Shown here: in pieces, positions 15,863 through 25,532 of the stretch
Position numbering within the stretch: position 1 is the stretch's first letter
How the letters are laid out: every line of letters begins with the position of its first letter
Assembly: GCA_040751795.1 (NCBI GenBank)
Contig: JBFMHR010000001.1
Span: forward strand, 32,001-96,000
Origin: Thermoplasmatota archaeon
Lineage (GTDB): Archaea; Thermoplasmatota; Thermoplasmata; UBA10834
DNA length: 64,000 nucleotides
Direction: 5' to 3'
Program-made: the position numbers and the translations under genes
The notes under the pieces: generated by a model
Seen by the model: only the letters and a program-made list of their open reading frames with translations
The model's database searches: none
What the model was told of the DNA's origin: nothing

Positions 15863-18800
15863 ATGCCGCCGCCCCGACTCGCTGCGGCCGTCGCCGCGGC
15901 CTTTGTATCCGTTGCCCTCGCGACCATGGGCCTCTTGGCCTGCGTTGTCCCTTCGAGCCCGGATGCCCCCGCTGGAATAGCGGCCATATCGAACGAGACG
16001 CTGGACGGCGAGAACGATGCGGGGCAGTTCACATCCATTGCCATCGGCGATGATGATGACGTGCACATCAGCTACATCTATGAGACCACGGCCGATCTCA
16101 GATACGCGACCAACGACGGAGGTGCGTGGAGCACTGAGACGGTCGATTCGGTCACCGACGCTTCCGGCTACACTTCGATGGCGATCGACTCTGAAGGCAA
16201 GGTCCACATCGCCTACTTCGACTTCACCAACATGCTGTTGATGTACGCAACGGACACGGGGGGCTCCTGGACAACCGACATGGTCGACGGCAGCGGCGAC
16301 GTCTCCGGATTCATCTCCCTAGCTGTCGACCTCAACGACAAGGTGCACATCAGCTACTACGACTCCGCCGATGACGACCTCATGTACGCCACGAACGCAG
16401 GCGGCTCCTGGGACATCAGTGCGATTGACAGCGGCGACAACGTCGGAGGCCACAGCTCGATAACCGTCGACTCCCATGGCGGCATACACATAAGCTACTG
16501 TGACTACACGGACACCGCCCTCAAGTATGCCACCAATGCGACCGGGTCGTGGACCACAAGCACGATTGACAGCGAAGGGACCGTCGGGTACTTCACATCC
16601 ATCGCTGTCGATTCGTCCGATCACGTCCACATAAGCTACCATGACGACACGAACGGTGCCGTCAAGTATGCCACGAACTCGGGGGGTTCATGGGCATGCG
16701 AGGCGGTCGACGGCGAATCGGGGATTGGCGACATCACATCCATCTCGATCGACGCTGAAGACCATGTGCACATCAGCTACTGCGACCGGATCGACGTGGA
16801 CCTCATGTACGCCACCAACGCATACGGCACCTGGTCCATTCAGACGGTCGACAGCACAGGTGATGTCGGAAGCTACTCATCCATAGCGGTCAACTCCACG
16901 GGCGTGGCCCACATCAGCTATTACGATTCGACGAACCACGACCTCAAGTACGCCACGGTCGCCCCATGCGTCATCCATGGCTGGGTGAACGACTCGGAGA
17001 CGATGCAGGGGATCGAGGGCGCCCAGGTCATGGCGTTCCTGACAGACTTCGAGTTCTCTCCATATCTCGACCCCATAATGGCGCAGACCACGGCAAACGA
17101 GACCGGATACTACGAACTGACCCTGCCCGGCGGCGCCACTGCGCTCATGTGCGGAGCCTCCGGACACTATAGTTACACCGTTGAGTTCAACACGACGGAG
17201 CTGACCGAATACCGGCTCGACATCATTCTGGACCCCGAGCCCACTGTGCCGACCGCGGACATGAGCCTGGACCCGGTCTCTGACGTGTCGTCCCACAACC
17301 CGCTCACGGTCAGTGTGGAGTGCGAGGACTTCAACATCTATATGGTCTTCATCTACATCGGCAGGATCCAAGAGCTGTCTGGTGACTACGTCGACTTCCA
17401 TCCCGTCGCTGGCGCTGCGGCGGTGCCCATGTGGGATACTGGCACGGACGACTTCCTCTATACCTACGAGAACGACGTCTTCGAGGGGACATACACGTGG
17501 ACGGCGAGCGCGGAGGCAGGCTATCTGACGAACGACACCGCATCGGAGTATATCGACATATGGTCGCACAGGTCCATCGATGGCGTCGAATCCTACGGTA
17601 TCGCGGGATACTACTCGAACGAGACGCTCGAGGGGGAGGTCGGCAGGGCATGGTTCGACCTCCTGACGGGGGAGTACCTCGGCTTCGAGTTCGGGGAGTC
17701 ACTGCTCCACGAGCCCTCCACCCTGCCACCCGCCCCCGCCGACGACCACACGGGCATGCTCACCCCGTTCTCATTGACCTACAGGATAGCCACGGACTGG
17801 ATGGGGACGGGAAACCCCCCGCCGGCGGACTTCCTCAGCTACGAAGAACAGCTCTTCGAGGAGAGACCCACCATGGGGCTCACGCTCCGGATGACCTACA
17901 TCGCCCCGAGCGGGGACTACGTCGCGCTCATGATAGTCATGGACGAGGCCGCCAACTACAACGGCTCCGTGGAGCTCTTCTCCGTCGACACGGATGCGCC
18001 CTCGGCGGACTGCGGGTCCGACCGGACGGTCTCATGCGGGGACGAGGTCACCCTGGACGGGAGCGCGTCATCCGATAATGTCGGCATAGCGTCCTATCAG
18101 TGGGACCTGGTCGATGGCGAGGCCGTGACGCTGACCGGCGCCGAGGCTGCGCACACCTTCGAGCTTCCGGGGACGTATGCGGTCACGCTCACCGTCTACG
18201 ACGGTGCGGGCAACAGCGGCACCGACACGATGACCGTGACCGTCGTTGACGATGAGGCCCCGGTCGCCGACGCGGGCGAGGCCCCGACGGACGTGGAGGC
18301 GGGCGAGACCGTCACATTCAACGCCTCGGGCTCCTCCGACAATGTCGGGATAGTCAACTTCACATGGGAGCTCACGGACGCCGCGGACGTCGTCCTGTAC
18401 GGGGAATCGGCGGACTACGCGTTCAGCGACGCCGGGGAGTTCCTCGTGACCCTCACGGTCAGGGACGCGGCGGGGAACAGCGACACCGACACGCTCACCG
18501 TCTCGGTGAGCGAGGCGCCTGTCAACGACCCGCCGGTGGCAGATGCCGGGGACGACGAGACCATCGGCCCCGGCTCCGTGTACACGTTCGACGGGACAGG
18601 CTCTTCGGCCGATGTCGTGAACCACACCTGGACATTCGCCTACGATGGGGAGGAGAGGGAGCTCTACGGGGAGACGCCGTCATGGACGTTCGACATCGCC
18701 GGAGAGTACACGGTGACGCTCACCGTGACGGACGACCTCGGGGCCACCGATGCCGACACCGTCCTGATCACGGTCGAGGAGGAAGGGTCCCAACTGGCCC

Positions 18801-18904
18801 TGCTCGTCGCTGCGGGGGCGGTCGCGGCCGTGGCGGCCGTCGGGGCGGCCCTCCTGCTCCTCAGGAAGCGCAAGGGTTCGGGCGGACCTCCGCCCCAGGG
18901 TTGA
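15863..18904 (+). CDS. Surface protein: seven ~49-aa repeats (likely beta-propeller), carboxypeptidase-regulatory-like domain, 3 PKD domains, C-terminal TM anchor (start uncertain)
   Basis: Repeats SIAxDSxxxVHISYxDxxxxxLxYATNxxGxW x7; PxADAG/YxVTLTVxD PKD motifs; hydrophobic tail followed by RKRK. Confidence 0.88.
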   Translation: MPPPRLAAAVAAAFVSVALATMGLLACVVPSSPDAPAGIAAISNETLDGENDAGQFTSIAIGDDDDVHISYIYETTADLRYATNDGGAWSTETVDSVTDASGYTSMAIDSEGKVHIAYFDFTNMLLMYATDTGGSWTTDMVDGSGDVSGFISLAVDLNDKVHISYYDSADDDLMYATNAGGSWDISAIDSGDNVGGHSSITVDSHGGIHISYCDYTDTALKYATNATGSWTTSTIDSEGTVGYFTSIAVDSSDHVHISYHDDTNGAVKYATNSGGSWACEAVDGESGIGDITSISIDAEDHVHISYCDRIDVDLMYATNAYGTWSIQTVDSTGDVGSYSSIAVNSTGVAHISYYDSTNHDLKYATVAPCVIHGWVNDSETMQGIEGAQVMAFLTDFEFSPYLDPIMAQTTANETGYYELTLPGGATALMCGASGHYSYTVEFNTTELTEYRLDIILDPEPTVPTADMSLDPVSDVSSHNPLTVSVECEDFNIYMVFIYIGRIQELSGDYVDFHPVAGAAAVPMWDTGTDDFLYTYENDVFEGTYTWTASAEAGYLTNDTASEYIDIWSHRSIDGVESYGIAGYYSNETLEGEVGRAWFDLLTGEYLGFEFGESLLHEPSTLPPAPADDHTGMLTPFSLTYRIATDWMGTGNPPPADFLSYEEQLFEERPTMGLTLRMTYIAPSGDYVALMIVMDEAANYNGSVELFSVDTDAPSADCGSDRTVSCGDEVTLDGSASSDNVGIASYQWDLVDGEAVTLTGAEAAHTFELPGTYAVTLTVYDGAGNSGTDTMTVTVVDDEAPVADAGEAPTDVEAGETVTFNASGSSDNVGIVNFTWELTDAADVVLYGESADYAFSDAGEFLVTLTVRDAAGNSDTDTLTVSVSEAPVNDPPVADAGDDETIGPGSVYTFDGTGSSADVVNHTWTFAYDGEERELYGETPSWTFDIAGEYTVTLTVTDDLGATDADTVLITVEEEGSQLALLVAAGAVAAVAAVGAALLLLRKRKGSGGPPPQG

Positions 18905-18955
18905 CCCGGACTCACCCGCGGATGACGGGAGCGGTGCATACATTGAACCGCCCGC

Positions 18956-19372
18956 ATGGCATCCCAGTCGCCAGACATGAAGCGCAGGGAACGACCCCGC
19001 GAGGCTGAAGGGGCCGAGTTCGTAGGATGCTGCGGCGCATACTGCAGGACCTGCCGGTCCTTCGTCCTGGGCGACTGCAAGGGCTGCAGGCTCGGCTACG
19101 ATGAGGGAGAGAGGGACATATCGAGGGCCAGGTGCAGGGTCAAGGTCTGCTGCATCAGGGACAAGGGGCTGGGGACCTGCGCCGACTGCCCGGAGTTCGA
19201 CCGGTGCGGCACCCTCGCGGCCTTCCACGGCAAGAAGTGGAAGGAGTACGGCAGGTACAGGGAATCGCTGGAGTTCATCCGCAGGGAGGGGTACCCTGCA
19301 TTCATCGAGACGAGCAAGGGGTGGGAGCGCGGCTACGGGGACCTCGGCCCTCCCCGTCGAAAGAGGGCGTAG
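18956..19372 (+). CDS. Cys-rich DUF3795-like protein
   Basis: CCGAYCRTC...CKGC...CRVKVCC...CADCPEF. Confidence 0.75.
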   Translation: MASQSPDMKRRERPREAEGAEFVGCCGAYCRTCRSFVLGDCKGCRLGYDEGERDISRARCRVKVCCIRDKGLGTCADCPEFDRCGTLAAFHGKKWKEYGRYRESLEFIRREGYPAFIETSKGWERGYGDLGPPRRKRA

Positions 19373-19457
19373 ACATCGAGGGCGGGAGCGCGCGCGAACC
19401 CATCCCCCATCCCGGTCTGAGATACGAGAATGGCGCGTCGGGCGTCCTTGGAATGGG

Positions 19458-19967
19458 TCATCGCAGGAAGGTGCGGTCCAGCTCGTCCAGGCCGACGGTG
19501 TCGCAGATGTCCTCGGCGAACCCCACGTGCTCCTCCTTGTGCGAGGCGATCCCGCCCTTGAGCACGAACGGCCGGATCTCCCAGTCGAAGGCGCTCCAGT
19601 AGGTGCCGAGGACGCACCCGCTGGCGCTCAGGCCCACTATCACGAGGGAATCGCATCCGAGCTTCTTCAGGAGCGCCCCGAACTCCGGGTTCCCGAAGGC
19701 GCTCGCATGGCGCTTGGTGGCCTTCAGGTCCTCCTTGAGGACGTGGACCGACTCCGGGACCTCGTAGCGCCAGGTGCCGGGGACGAGGCCCTCGCCCGGG
19801 TCCTCCGTGTAGCCGACGACCACCGGCAGCCGGTTCTTCCTGAACCACGCGATCGCCGCGTTGACCACGTCCAGGCGGCTCTCGACCGAGCGCCTCAGGT
19901 CCGGGTTGCTGTCAGCCTCATATAGCCAGATGTTCTGGATGTCCTGGACGAGGAGTGCGGGCTTCAT
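19458..19967 (-). CDS. Isochorismatase-family cysteine hydrolase
   Basis: ALLVQDIQN, KRHASAF, GLSASGCV. Confidence 0.88.
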   Translation of the reverse strand: MKPALLVQDIQNIWLYEADSNPDLRRSVESRLDVVNAAIAWFRKNRLPVVVGYTEDPGEGLVPGTWRYEVPESVHVLKEDLKATKRHASAFGNPEFGALLKKLGCDSLVIVGLSASGCVLGTYWSAFDWEIRPFVLKGGIASHKEEHVGFAEDICDTVGLDELDRTFLR

Positions 19968-20097
19968 GGTGAACGTCCCGGGCAATCGCACGACTCTTTA
20001 ATAGCAGTTCCCCTCTCGCGTCCCGCGTCTTGCCGCAGGGCAACAGCCTTAAGTCGATGCATGCCCCTGACACATACCCGGTACAAGAAGAGAGGAG

Positions 20098-20544
20098 ATG
20101 ACGATGGGTGTAGTTGTAGCGTACGACTCGGTCTTCGGGAACACTGAGAAGATCGCAATGGCCATCGGCGGTGCGCTCCCTCCAGACACGAGGGTCGCCA
20201 AGGCGGACCTTGTGGACGCGTCCGCGCTCGCGCAGGCCACGGTCCTCGTGATCGGCTCGCCGACACACGGGGGCAGGCCGACGGAGTCGGTCAAGGGCCT
20301 CCTCGGGAGGATCACCGAGGGCAGGGCCAAGGGCCTGAAGGTCGCGGCCTTCGACACTAGGATACCCGGCAAGTTCCCCAAGATATTCGGCTACGCGGCC
20401 GACAGGATCGCCGCGGACCTGACGGCGAAGGGCGCCGTGCTGCTGGTCCCTCCTGAGCCGTTCTACGTGAAGGGGAGGAACGGCCCCCTGAAGGACGGGG
20501 AGCTGGAGCACGCCGCACAGTGGGCGAAGAAGCTCAGCCAGTAG
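20098..20544 (+). CDS. Flavodoxin-like protein
   Basis: YDSVFGNTEKIA, GSPTHGG, AAFDTR. Confidence 0.9.
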   Translation: MTMGVVVAYDSVFGNTEKIAMAIGGALPPDTRVAKADLVDASALAQATVLVIGSPTHGGRPTESVKGLLGRITEGRAKGLKVAAFDTRIPGKFPKIFGYAADRIAADLTAKGAVLLVPPEPFYVKGRNGPLKDGELEHAAQWAKKLSQ

Positions 20545-20553
20545 ACGCTGGGG

Positions 20554-20928
20554 CTAAGGACGGCGCGCCTCTGACCTGATGGTCTCGATGAGCATGTGCA
20601 GACGCCTACCCTTGTCCTCGAGCTCCGAGCGGGTGACCGTCGCAGCCTCGGGGCAGGCCTCGTCGACCACCACCGTCCCGTCCTCCGACAGGTTGACGGG
20701 GTAGATCACGCATCCCAGCGGCCTGCGCGCGTATTCACTGCAGCGGCCTCTGTCCGCGTCGAAGAAGAAGCAGTGCCCGTCCCTGTTCCTCAGCCGCCTG
20801 ACCCCGTCCTGGCCCCTCTCAGCGAATTCGTCCGATTGGTGGCCCGCCCTCTCGAGCCTCCGGACGTCCGCGTCGCAGAGCTCCATGTGCGTGTCCCTAC
20901 AACACTCGCCGCAGCGGCCGCACCGCAT
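20554..20928 (-). CDS. YkgJ-family Cys-cluster protein
   Basis: CGRCGECC...CFFF...CSEYARRPLGCVIYP. Confidence 0.85.
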   Translation of the reverse strand: MRCGRCGECCRDTHMELCDADVRRLERAGHQSDEFAERGQDGVRRLRNRDGHCFFFDADRGRCSEYARRPLGCVIYPVNLSEDGTVVVDEACPEAATVTRSELEDKGRRLHMLIETIRSEARRP

Positions 20929-21100
20929 GGGAGGGCTGAGGAGGGGGCATGTAGTTAAAGCTTGGGCGCTGCAGCGTCCGACGACGCTGTCAGACAGTGG
21001 ACCTCGCGCACGCGCGCCCGGACGCCATATGGGCGGTCATCGAGGTGCCCTCGGCCTGGGAAGTGAAATCAACGTGGCGGCCCATGTCGATGTCGAGCCC

Positions 21101-21304
21101 ATGACCCGGATAGGAGAGACCCTGTCGACGGCCATAGCCCTGTCCGCGGGGACTGCGGACCTGGTCATAGTCACTCTGCTCGTGGCGTGGGCTCTAGAGG
21201 AGACGATATACTTCTCGCTCTTCGTGGGCATCCCCGTCGGGATGGCGTCCGGGGCGCTAACATTCGTCCTTCTGAGGAGGTTCCTGAGGGAGTGGTCGGA
21301 CTAG
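21101..21304 (+). CDS. Small 2-TM membrane protein
   Basis: Two hydrophobic segments, FSLFVGIPVG. Confidence 0.6.
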   Translation: MTRIGETLSTAIALSAGTADLVIVTLLVAWALEETIYFSLFVGIPVGMASGALTFVLLRRFLREWSD

Positions 21305-21306
21305 GC

Positions 21307-22260
21307 TCAGCGGAGCCTCTTCTCGAACCACATGCTCTCCCTGTCCTTCACGAAGCCCGTGGAGAGGTACATGTCCAGTGCATTCTCGTTCTTGGCGTAG
21401 ACGCCGATGAACGTGGTGTCCATGCCCCGCTCGAGGACCCACTTCATCCCGTCCAGGAGCAGGAACCTGCCTATGCCCCTCCTCCTGTGGGGAGGCCTGA
21501 CGCCGAGGATGTTGATCCAGCCCCACTTCGTCCCGTTCTCCTGGTTGTACAGCCTGTCCTCGTGGGAGAGGCAAAGCCCGACTATCTCCTCGCCGTCCAT
21601 CGCCAGCGAGAAGCACTCCGGGTCCTCGCTGGAGTCCCTGTACTTTATGAACATCTCGGGCCTCTCAGGGGCGAAGTTGTAGTGGTCCTGGAAGGTGTCG
21701 TTGAACGCCTCTACTATTCGGGTCATCTCCTCGTCGCCGCACTCCTTGTACGGCCTCCTGACGAGCCTGATGCCGTCCGGGACGGCAGCCTCTGGGAGTC
21801 CGATGCGACCTTTGCGGACCAGGAAGAAGACCCGGTACGACTCGGCGAAGCCCTCGCGTGAGAGGAGGTCGAGCCGCCACTTCTCGGGTTCGACCACCCT
21901 CGTTCTGAGCTTGCCCACCCCCCTCGCCCTGACGTAGTCTGACGCGAGCGAAGCGAGGGTCTCCCCTATCCCTACACCCCTTGCATCGGGCACGATGTCC
22001 AATTCGAAGTAGGCGTCGTCCAGCCCCGCAGTGAGCCGGTTCTGCTCGACCAGGGCCCTGGCCCAGGCGACCGGCCTCCCATCGCTCCTGACGAGCCAGC
22101 TCCCCTCCGGGCGGAACTCCGAGTCGCCGAAGGTGAAAGCCGTCATCTCCTCCACCGTGGGAGCCCTCTCGAAAGGCAGCTCCGCCTTGGAGAGCCTGAC
22201 GACCTCCACGACATCGCGGATGCTGCCCTTGGTCAGCGGCTCCATGGTGAGCTCAGGCAT
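21307..22260 (-). CDS. Tandem GNAT acetyltransferase (MshD-like architecture)
   Basis: Two RGxGIG-type motifs (ARGVGIG, RRRGIG); NENALDMY. Confidence 0.88.
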   Translation of the reverse strand: MPELTMEPLTKGSIRDVVEVVRLSKAELPFERAPTVEEMTAFTFGDSEFRPEGSWLVRSDGRPVAWARALVEQNRLTAGLDDAYFELDIVPDARGVGIGETLASLASDYVRARGVGKLRTRVVEPEKWRLDLLSREGFAESYRVFFLVRKGRIGLPEAAVPDGIRLVRRPYKECGDEEMTRIVEAFNDTFQDHYNFAPERPEMFIKYRDSSEDPECFSLAMDGEEIVGLCLSHEDRLYNQENGTKWGWINILGVRPPHRRRGIGRFLLLDGMKWVLERGMDTTFIGVYAKNENALDMYLSTGFVKDRESMWFEKRLR

Positions 22261-22350
22261 GGGACGGTCGTATGGACGACGGCGACATAACCCTTTCTGC
22301 CCGCCGTCCCTTCGCAACTTTTATCACGGACCTCATTCGTGCTGGACAGC

Positions 22351-22692
22351 ATGAAGAAGGTCAGCCGCAAGGACGTAAAGGGAATATCGATGGAGGGCAC
22401 CAAGGGGGTCGACTTCAGGCCGCTGCTGGCCGAGAACGTGGACCCGCCCAACTACTACCTGAGGGTGTTCGACATCTCCCCGGGCGGCTACACCCCCCTG
22501 CACAGGCACCCGTGGGAGCACGAGGTCTTCGTCGTCAGCGGCAAGGGCAAGATCGTCCTCGACGGGCGCGAGGAACCCCTGGCGGAGGCGGACGCCGTCT
22601 TCGTGGAGCCGGACGAGCTGCACCAGTTCGCCAACGACGGCCCGGCGATGATGAGGATGATCTGCGTCATCCCCAAGCCGAGGAAGCCTTAG
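22351..22692 (+). CDS. Cupin-domain protein
   Basis: PGGYTPLHRHPWEHEVFVVSG...HQFAN. Confidence 0.9.
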   Translation: MKKVSRKDVKGISMEGTKGVDFRPLLAENVDPPNYYLRVFDISPGGYTPLHRHPWEHEVFVVSGKGKIVLDGREEPLAEADAVFVEPDELHQFANDGPAMMRMICVIPKPRKP

Positions 22693-22698
22693 ACCCCC

Positions 22699-24051
22699 TC
22701 AGCCGACGAGCGCGTCCACGCACTCGCCGAAGGCCTCCGTGTGCCTGTCGACGTCCTTCCTGGTGGTCGACGGAGCTATCAGCGCCATGTTGTGGAATGG
22801 CGTCATGAGTATGCCCCTGTTGAGCAGCATCAGGTGGAGGAGCTTCTCGAGCTCCGAGTCCCTCGCCTCCTCCGCCTCGGTCCCGTTCCTCGGGGCCGTG
22901 GGGCAGAAGTGGTACTCTATGCGCACGCCGAGCCTCGCGACGTGCCACGGGACCCCGCTATCGTCTATGACGTCCTGGACCCCCTTCTCGAAACGCTCCG
23001 CGAGGGGCATCATCTTCTTGAACGCCTGCTTCGTGATGACCTTCTCCAGGGTGGCCCTCATCGCCGCGAGCGCAAGGGCGTTGCCCGTCAGCGTCCCCCC
23101 GAGGCCGCTCTCGTCGGTGCCCTCGTCGAGTATCCTCTTCATGACCCTGTCCGAGACGTACTGGCTCATGCCGAACGCGGCGACCGGGACCCCGCTCGCG
23201 AGGGGCTTGCCCATGGTGACCATGTCGGGCTTGAGCCCGTGCGCGCCCGTGTAGCCTCCGACCCCGCTGCTTATCGTGTGCGTCTCGTCGATGATGAGGA
23301 GCGTGTCCGTGTCCCTGGTCATCTCCCTGACAGCCTCGTGGTAGCCAGGGTCGGGGAGGACTATGCCCCGGTTGGTCATCGCAGGCTCGATCAGGACGCA
23401 TGCCACGTCCTTCGGAGCGAGAGCGCGCTTCATCGCTGGCAGGTCATTGAACTCCACGACCTTCGTCGTCAGGGTCGGGTCGACCGGCGGCCCTATGTTC
23501 CCCTCCCTGGGGAGCACCTTCCCGCCCTCGAGCCTTATCAGCGTCTCGTCGACGGTGCCGTGGTAGCACCCGTGGACGACCAGGACGTACTGCCTCTTGG
23601 TGACCTCCCTCGCCAGCCTTATCGAGAACCTGTTGGCGTCGGTGGCGGTCATCGCGACCTGCCAGTAGGGGAGCCCGAACCGCCTCGACATCTCCTCGCC
23701 GACCCACACGGAGTCCTCGTTCGGGAGCATCATGGTGATGCCCCTGGAGACCTGCCTCCTCACCGCGTCGACGACCGGCTGGGGGGAGTGCCCGAACATG
23801 GAGCCGGTGTCCCCCAGGCACAGGTCCAGGTACCTGTTCCCGTCCACATCGTTGATGTACGAGCCCTTGGCGTCGGTGACGAAGACGGGGTACGGCCCCG
23901 CCCACCTGACCATCCAGTTCATGGGGACGCCCGCCAGGAGCGAGCGCTTGGCCCTCTCGAAGAGCCTCTTCGACTTCCTGTGCTCCCTGAGGAACCGGGC
24001 GGTCTCCTCCTCCTTCAGCGCCTTGACCCGACTGCGTTCGATCCTTGCCAT
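22699..24051 (-). CDS. Class III PLP aminotransferase (GSA-aminomutase-like)
   Basis: DVDGNRYLD, YHG, IIDETHT, DMVTMGKP; plausible start MARIER at 24051. Confidence 0.9.
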   Translation of the reverse strand: MARIERSRVKALKEEETARFLREHRKSKRLFERAKRSLLAGVPMNWMVRWAGPYPVFVTDAKGSYINDVDGNRYLDLCLGDTGSMFGHSPQPVVDAVRRQVSRGITMMLPNEDSVWVGEEMSRRFGLPYWQVAMTATDANRFSIRLAREVTKRQYVLVVHGCYHGTVDETLIRLEGGKVLPREGNIGPPVDPTLTTKVVEFNDLPAMKRALAPKDVACVLIEPAMTNRGIVLPDPGYHEAVREMTRDTDTLLIIDETHTISSGVGGYTGAHGLKPDMVTMGKPLASGVPVAAFGMSQYVSDRVMKRILDEGTDESGLGGTLTGNALALAAMRATLEKVITKQAFKKMMPLAERFEKGVQDVIDDSGVPWHVARLGVRIEYHFCPTAPRNGTEAEEARDSELEKLLHLMLLNRGILMTPFHNMALIAPSTTRKDVDRHTEAFGECVDALVG

Positions 24052-24161
24052 GGCGTGCACCTCTCCTTCCAAGCAGCCCCGGAATCGCGCAGGCCGGTTA
24101 TAACACCTGTCCCGACCGGCTCCTGGCGCCCATCGGAGGGCCCGCGTGCACGGCCCGCCGC

Positions 24162-25229
24162 CTAGCGGTCCTGGTCCGCGAGCCCCAGGAGCTTCCTGAG
24201 GAGCGGCCCGTAGTGCCCGTCCCTCAGCTCCTTGGCCGCCGCCGTGGAGACGAGGGATATCTGGGGGTCTCCGCGGAGGACGTCCGCGTCGACCAGGGGC
24301 TTCATCATCCGCTGCATCTCCGAGAGGTAGTCCTTGTAGTCCCTGAACATGTAGGTGGCGTGGGCCTCCGACTCCCTCTCGAGCGTGTACCAGGACTGCC
24401 TGATCCAGTCCCCCTCGGAGAGCTCGCGCCTCACCTCGGGGTCCCCATCTGGCCTGAACCTCAGGTGCACGTAGGCGATCAGGTCGATGTTCCAGAGCAC
24501 CAGGGGGATTATGCAGACGCGCCTGAACATCCCCTTCCTCACGAGCCTCTTGCGGACGTTGGTCACGGTCTGCCTCGAACGGCCCATGAGCTGGGCGATC
24601 TGGGCGTCCGTCGCGTGCGGGTACTCGACGAGGTTCACGAGCGTGCGCTTCTCCACGAGCGAGAGCTCCGCCTGCTCGACCTCGAAGGCCTCGGGCATGC
24701 TGGGCTCTGGAGGGGGCACGTCGATCCCGAATATCCTGTGCAGCGGGGGCGCGAAGTTGTAGGTGTAGCACATCCTCGATACGCCGAGCGGGAAGAACGC
24801 GGGCCTGAGGTCGGCCCTCTCCGCGTGCCTCACGCCCGAGAAGAGCCGCTCGTACCTGTCGAGGGCCAGCAGGTAGTCCGAGAACCTCCTGAACACCCCG
24901 CTCATCATTATGAACCCCTCCCCGGAGGCGCTGTCGAAGAACTCGGGGGTCTGGTCGAGGAACCGGAGGTGGGCCGAGTCCTTGACGTCCTTCGGGACGG
25001 CGGGGTTGGTCGAACCGTACAGCTGCACGAAGAGCGTGCACCCCAGCTTGTGGAAGCTCGGCACGTTCGAGAAGTAGATGTGCCTGGAGTCCATCAGCCT
25101 CCTCCTGATGGAGGAGACGGTGCTCTCCTTCATCCCGGACCGGCGGGCGAGCGCCGCGTCCGTGAGGGTCGCGTCCCTCATGAGGTGGTATATGACGAGC
25201 ATCTCCGACTCGCGCAGCGGTCGTTCCAT
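24162..25229 (-). CDS. Tandem Lrp/AsnC-like wHTH regulator
   Basis: Two HTHs (TDAALARRSGMKESTVSSIRRRL; TDAQIAQLMGRSRQTVTNVRKRL); divergent from the permease. Confidence 0.8.
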   Translation of the reverse strand: MERPLRESEMLVIYHLMRDATLTDAALARRSGMKESTVSSIRRRLMDSRHIYFSNVPSFHKLGCTLFVQLYGSTNPAVPKDVKDSAHLRFLDQTPEFFDSASGEGFIMMSGVFRRFSDYLLALDRYERLFSGVRHAERADLRPAFFPLGVSRMCYTYNFAPPLHRIFGIDVPPPEPSMPEAFEVEQAELSLVEKRTLVNLVEYPHATDAQIAQLMGRSRQTVTNVRKRLVRKGMFRRVCIIPLVLWNIDLIAYVHLRFRPDGDPEVRRELSEGDWIRQSWYTLERESEAHATYMFRDYKDYLSEMQRMMKPLVDADVLRGDPQISLVSTAAAKELRDGHYGPLLRKLLGLADQDR

Positions 25230-25532
25230 CGGAGCGGTAATGTGTCACCCGCATTGAGAACGTTGCGGAGGAGGGCGGCCCCGCCCCCGGGGGATGGCGC
25301 ATCCGCCGGCACGACGACCACGGGCGCGTTCTGGGGCAAACGACCGGGGGGAGGGCGCTTGCCTATTCGCACGACGTTCGGACTGACCTTGAGAATAGGC
25401 CCCTTAACACACCTATGTTTCCACTGGATTCCGCATGCTGGGCCGTGCGTCCTGCTTAATATACGAACTAATGCGATACACCTCTAGGATTCCGAGAGCG
25501 CTCCTCTCGGCATGTAAGGGGGTACGGAGAGC

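Noticed and set aside
16000-16960. Periodic DNA repeats as a possible CRISPR or tandem array
   Set aside because: They are degenerate in-frame ~147-bp protein repeats; no identical repeats with spacers and no cas genes.
22699-25302. 867-aa ORF as a novel fusion protein
   Set aside because: The N-terminal half is an Arg/Pro/Gly-rich off-frame shadow of the regulator gene; the real aminotransferase starts at 24051.
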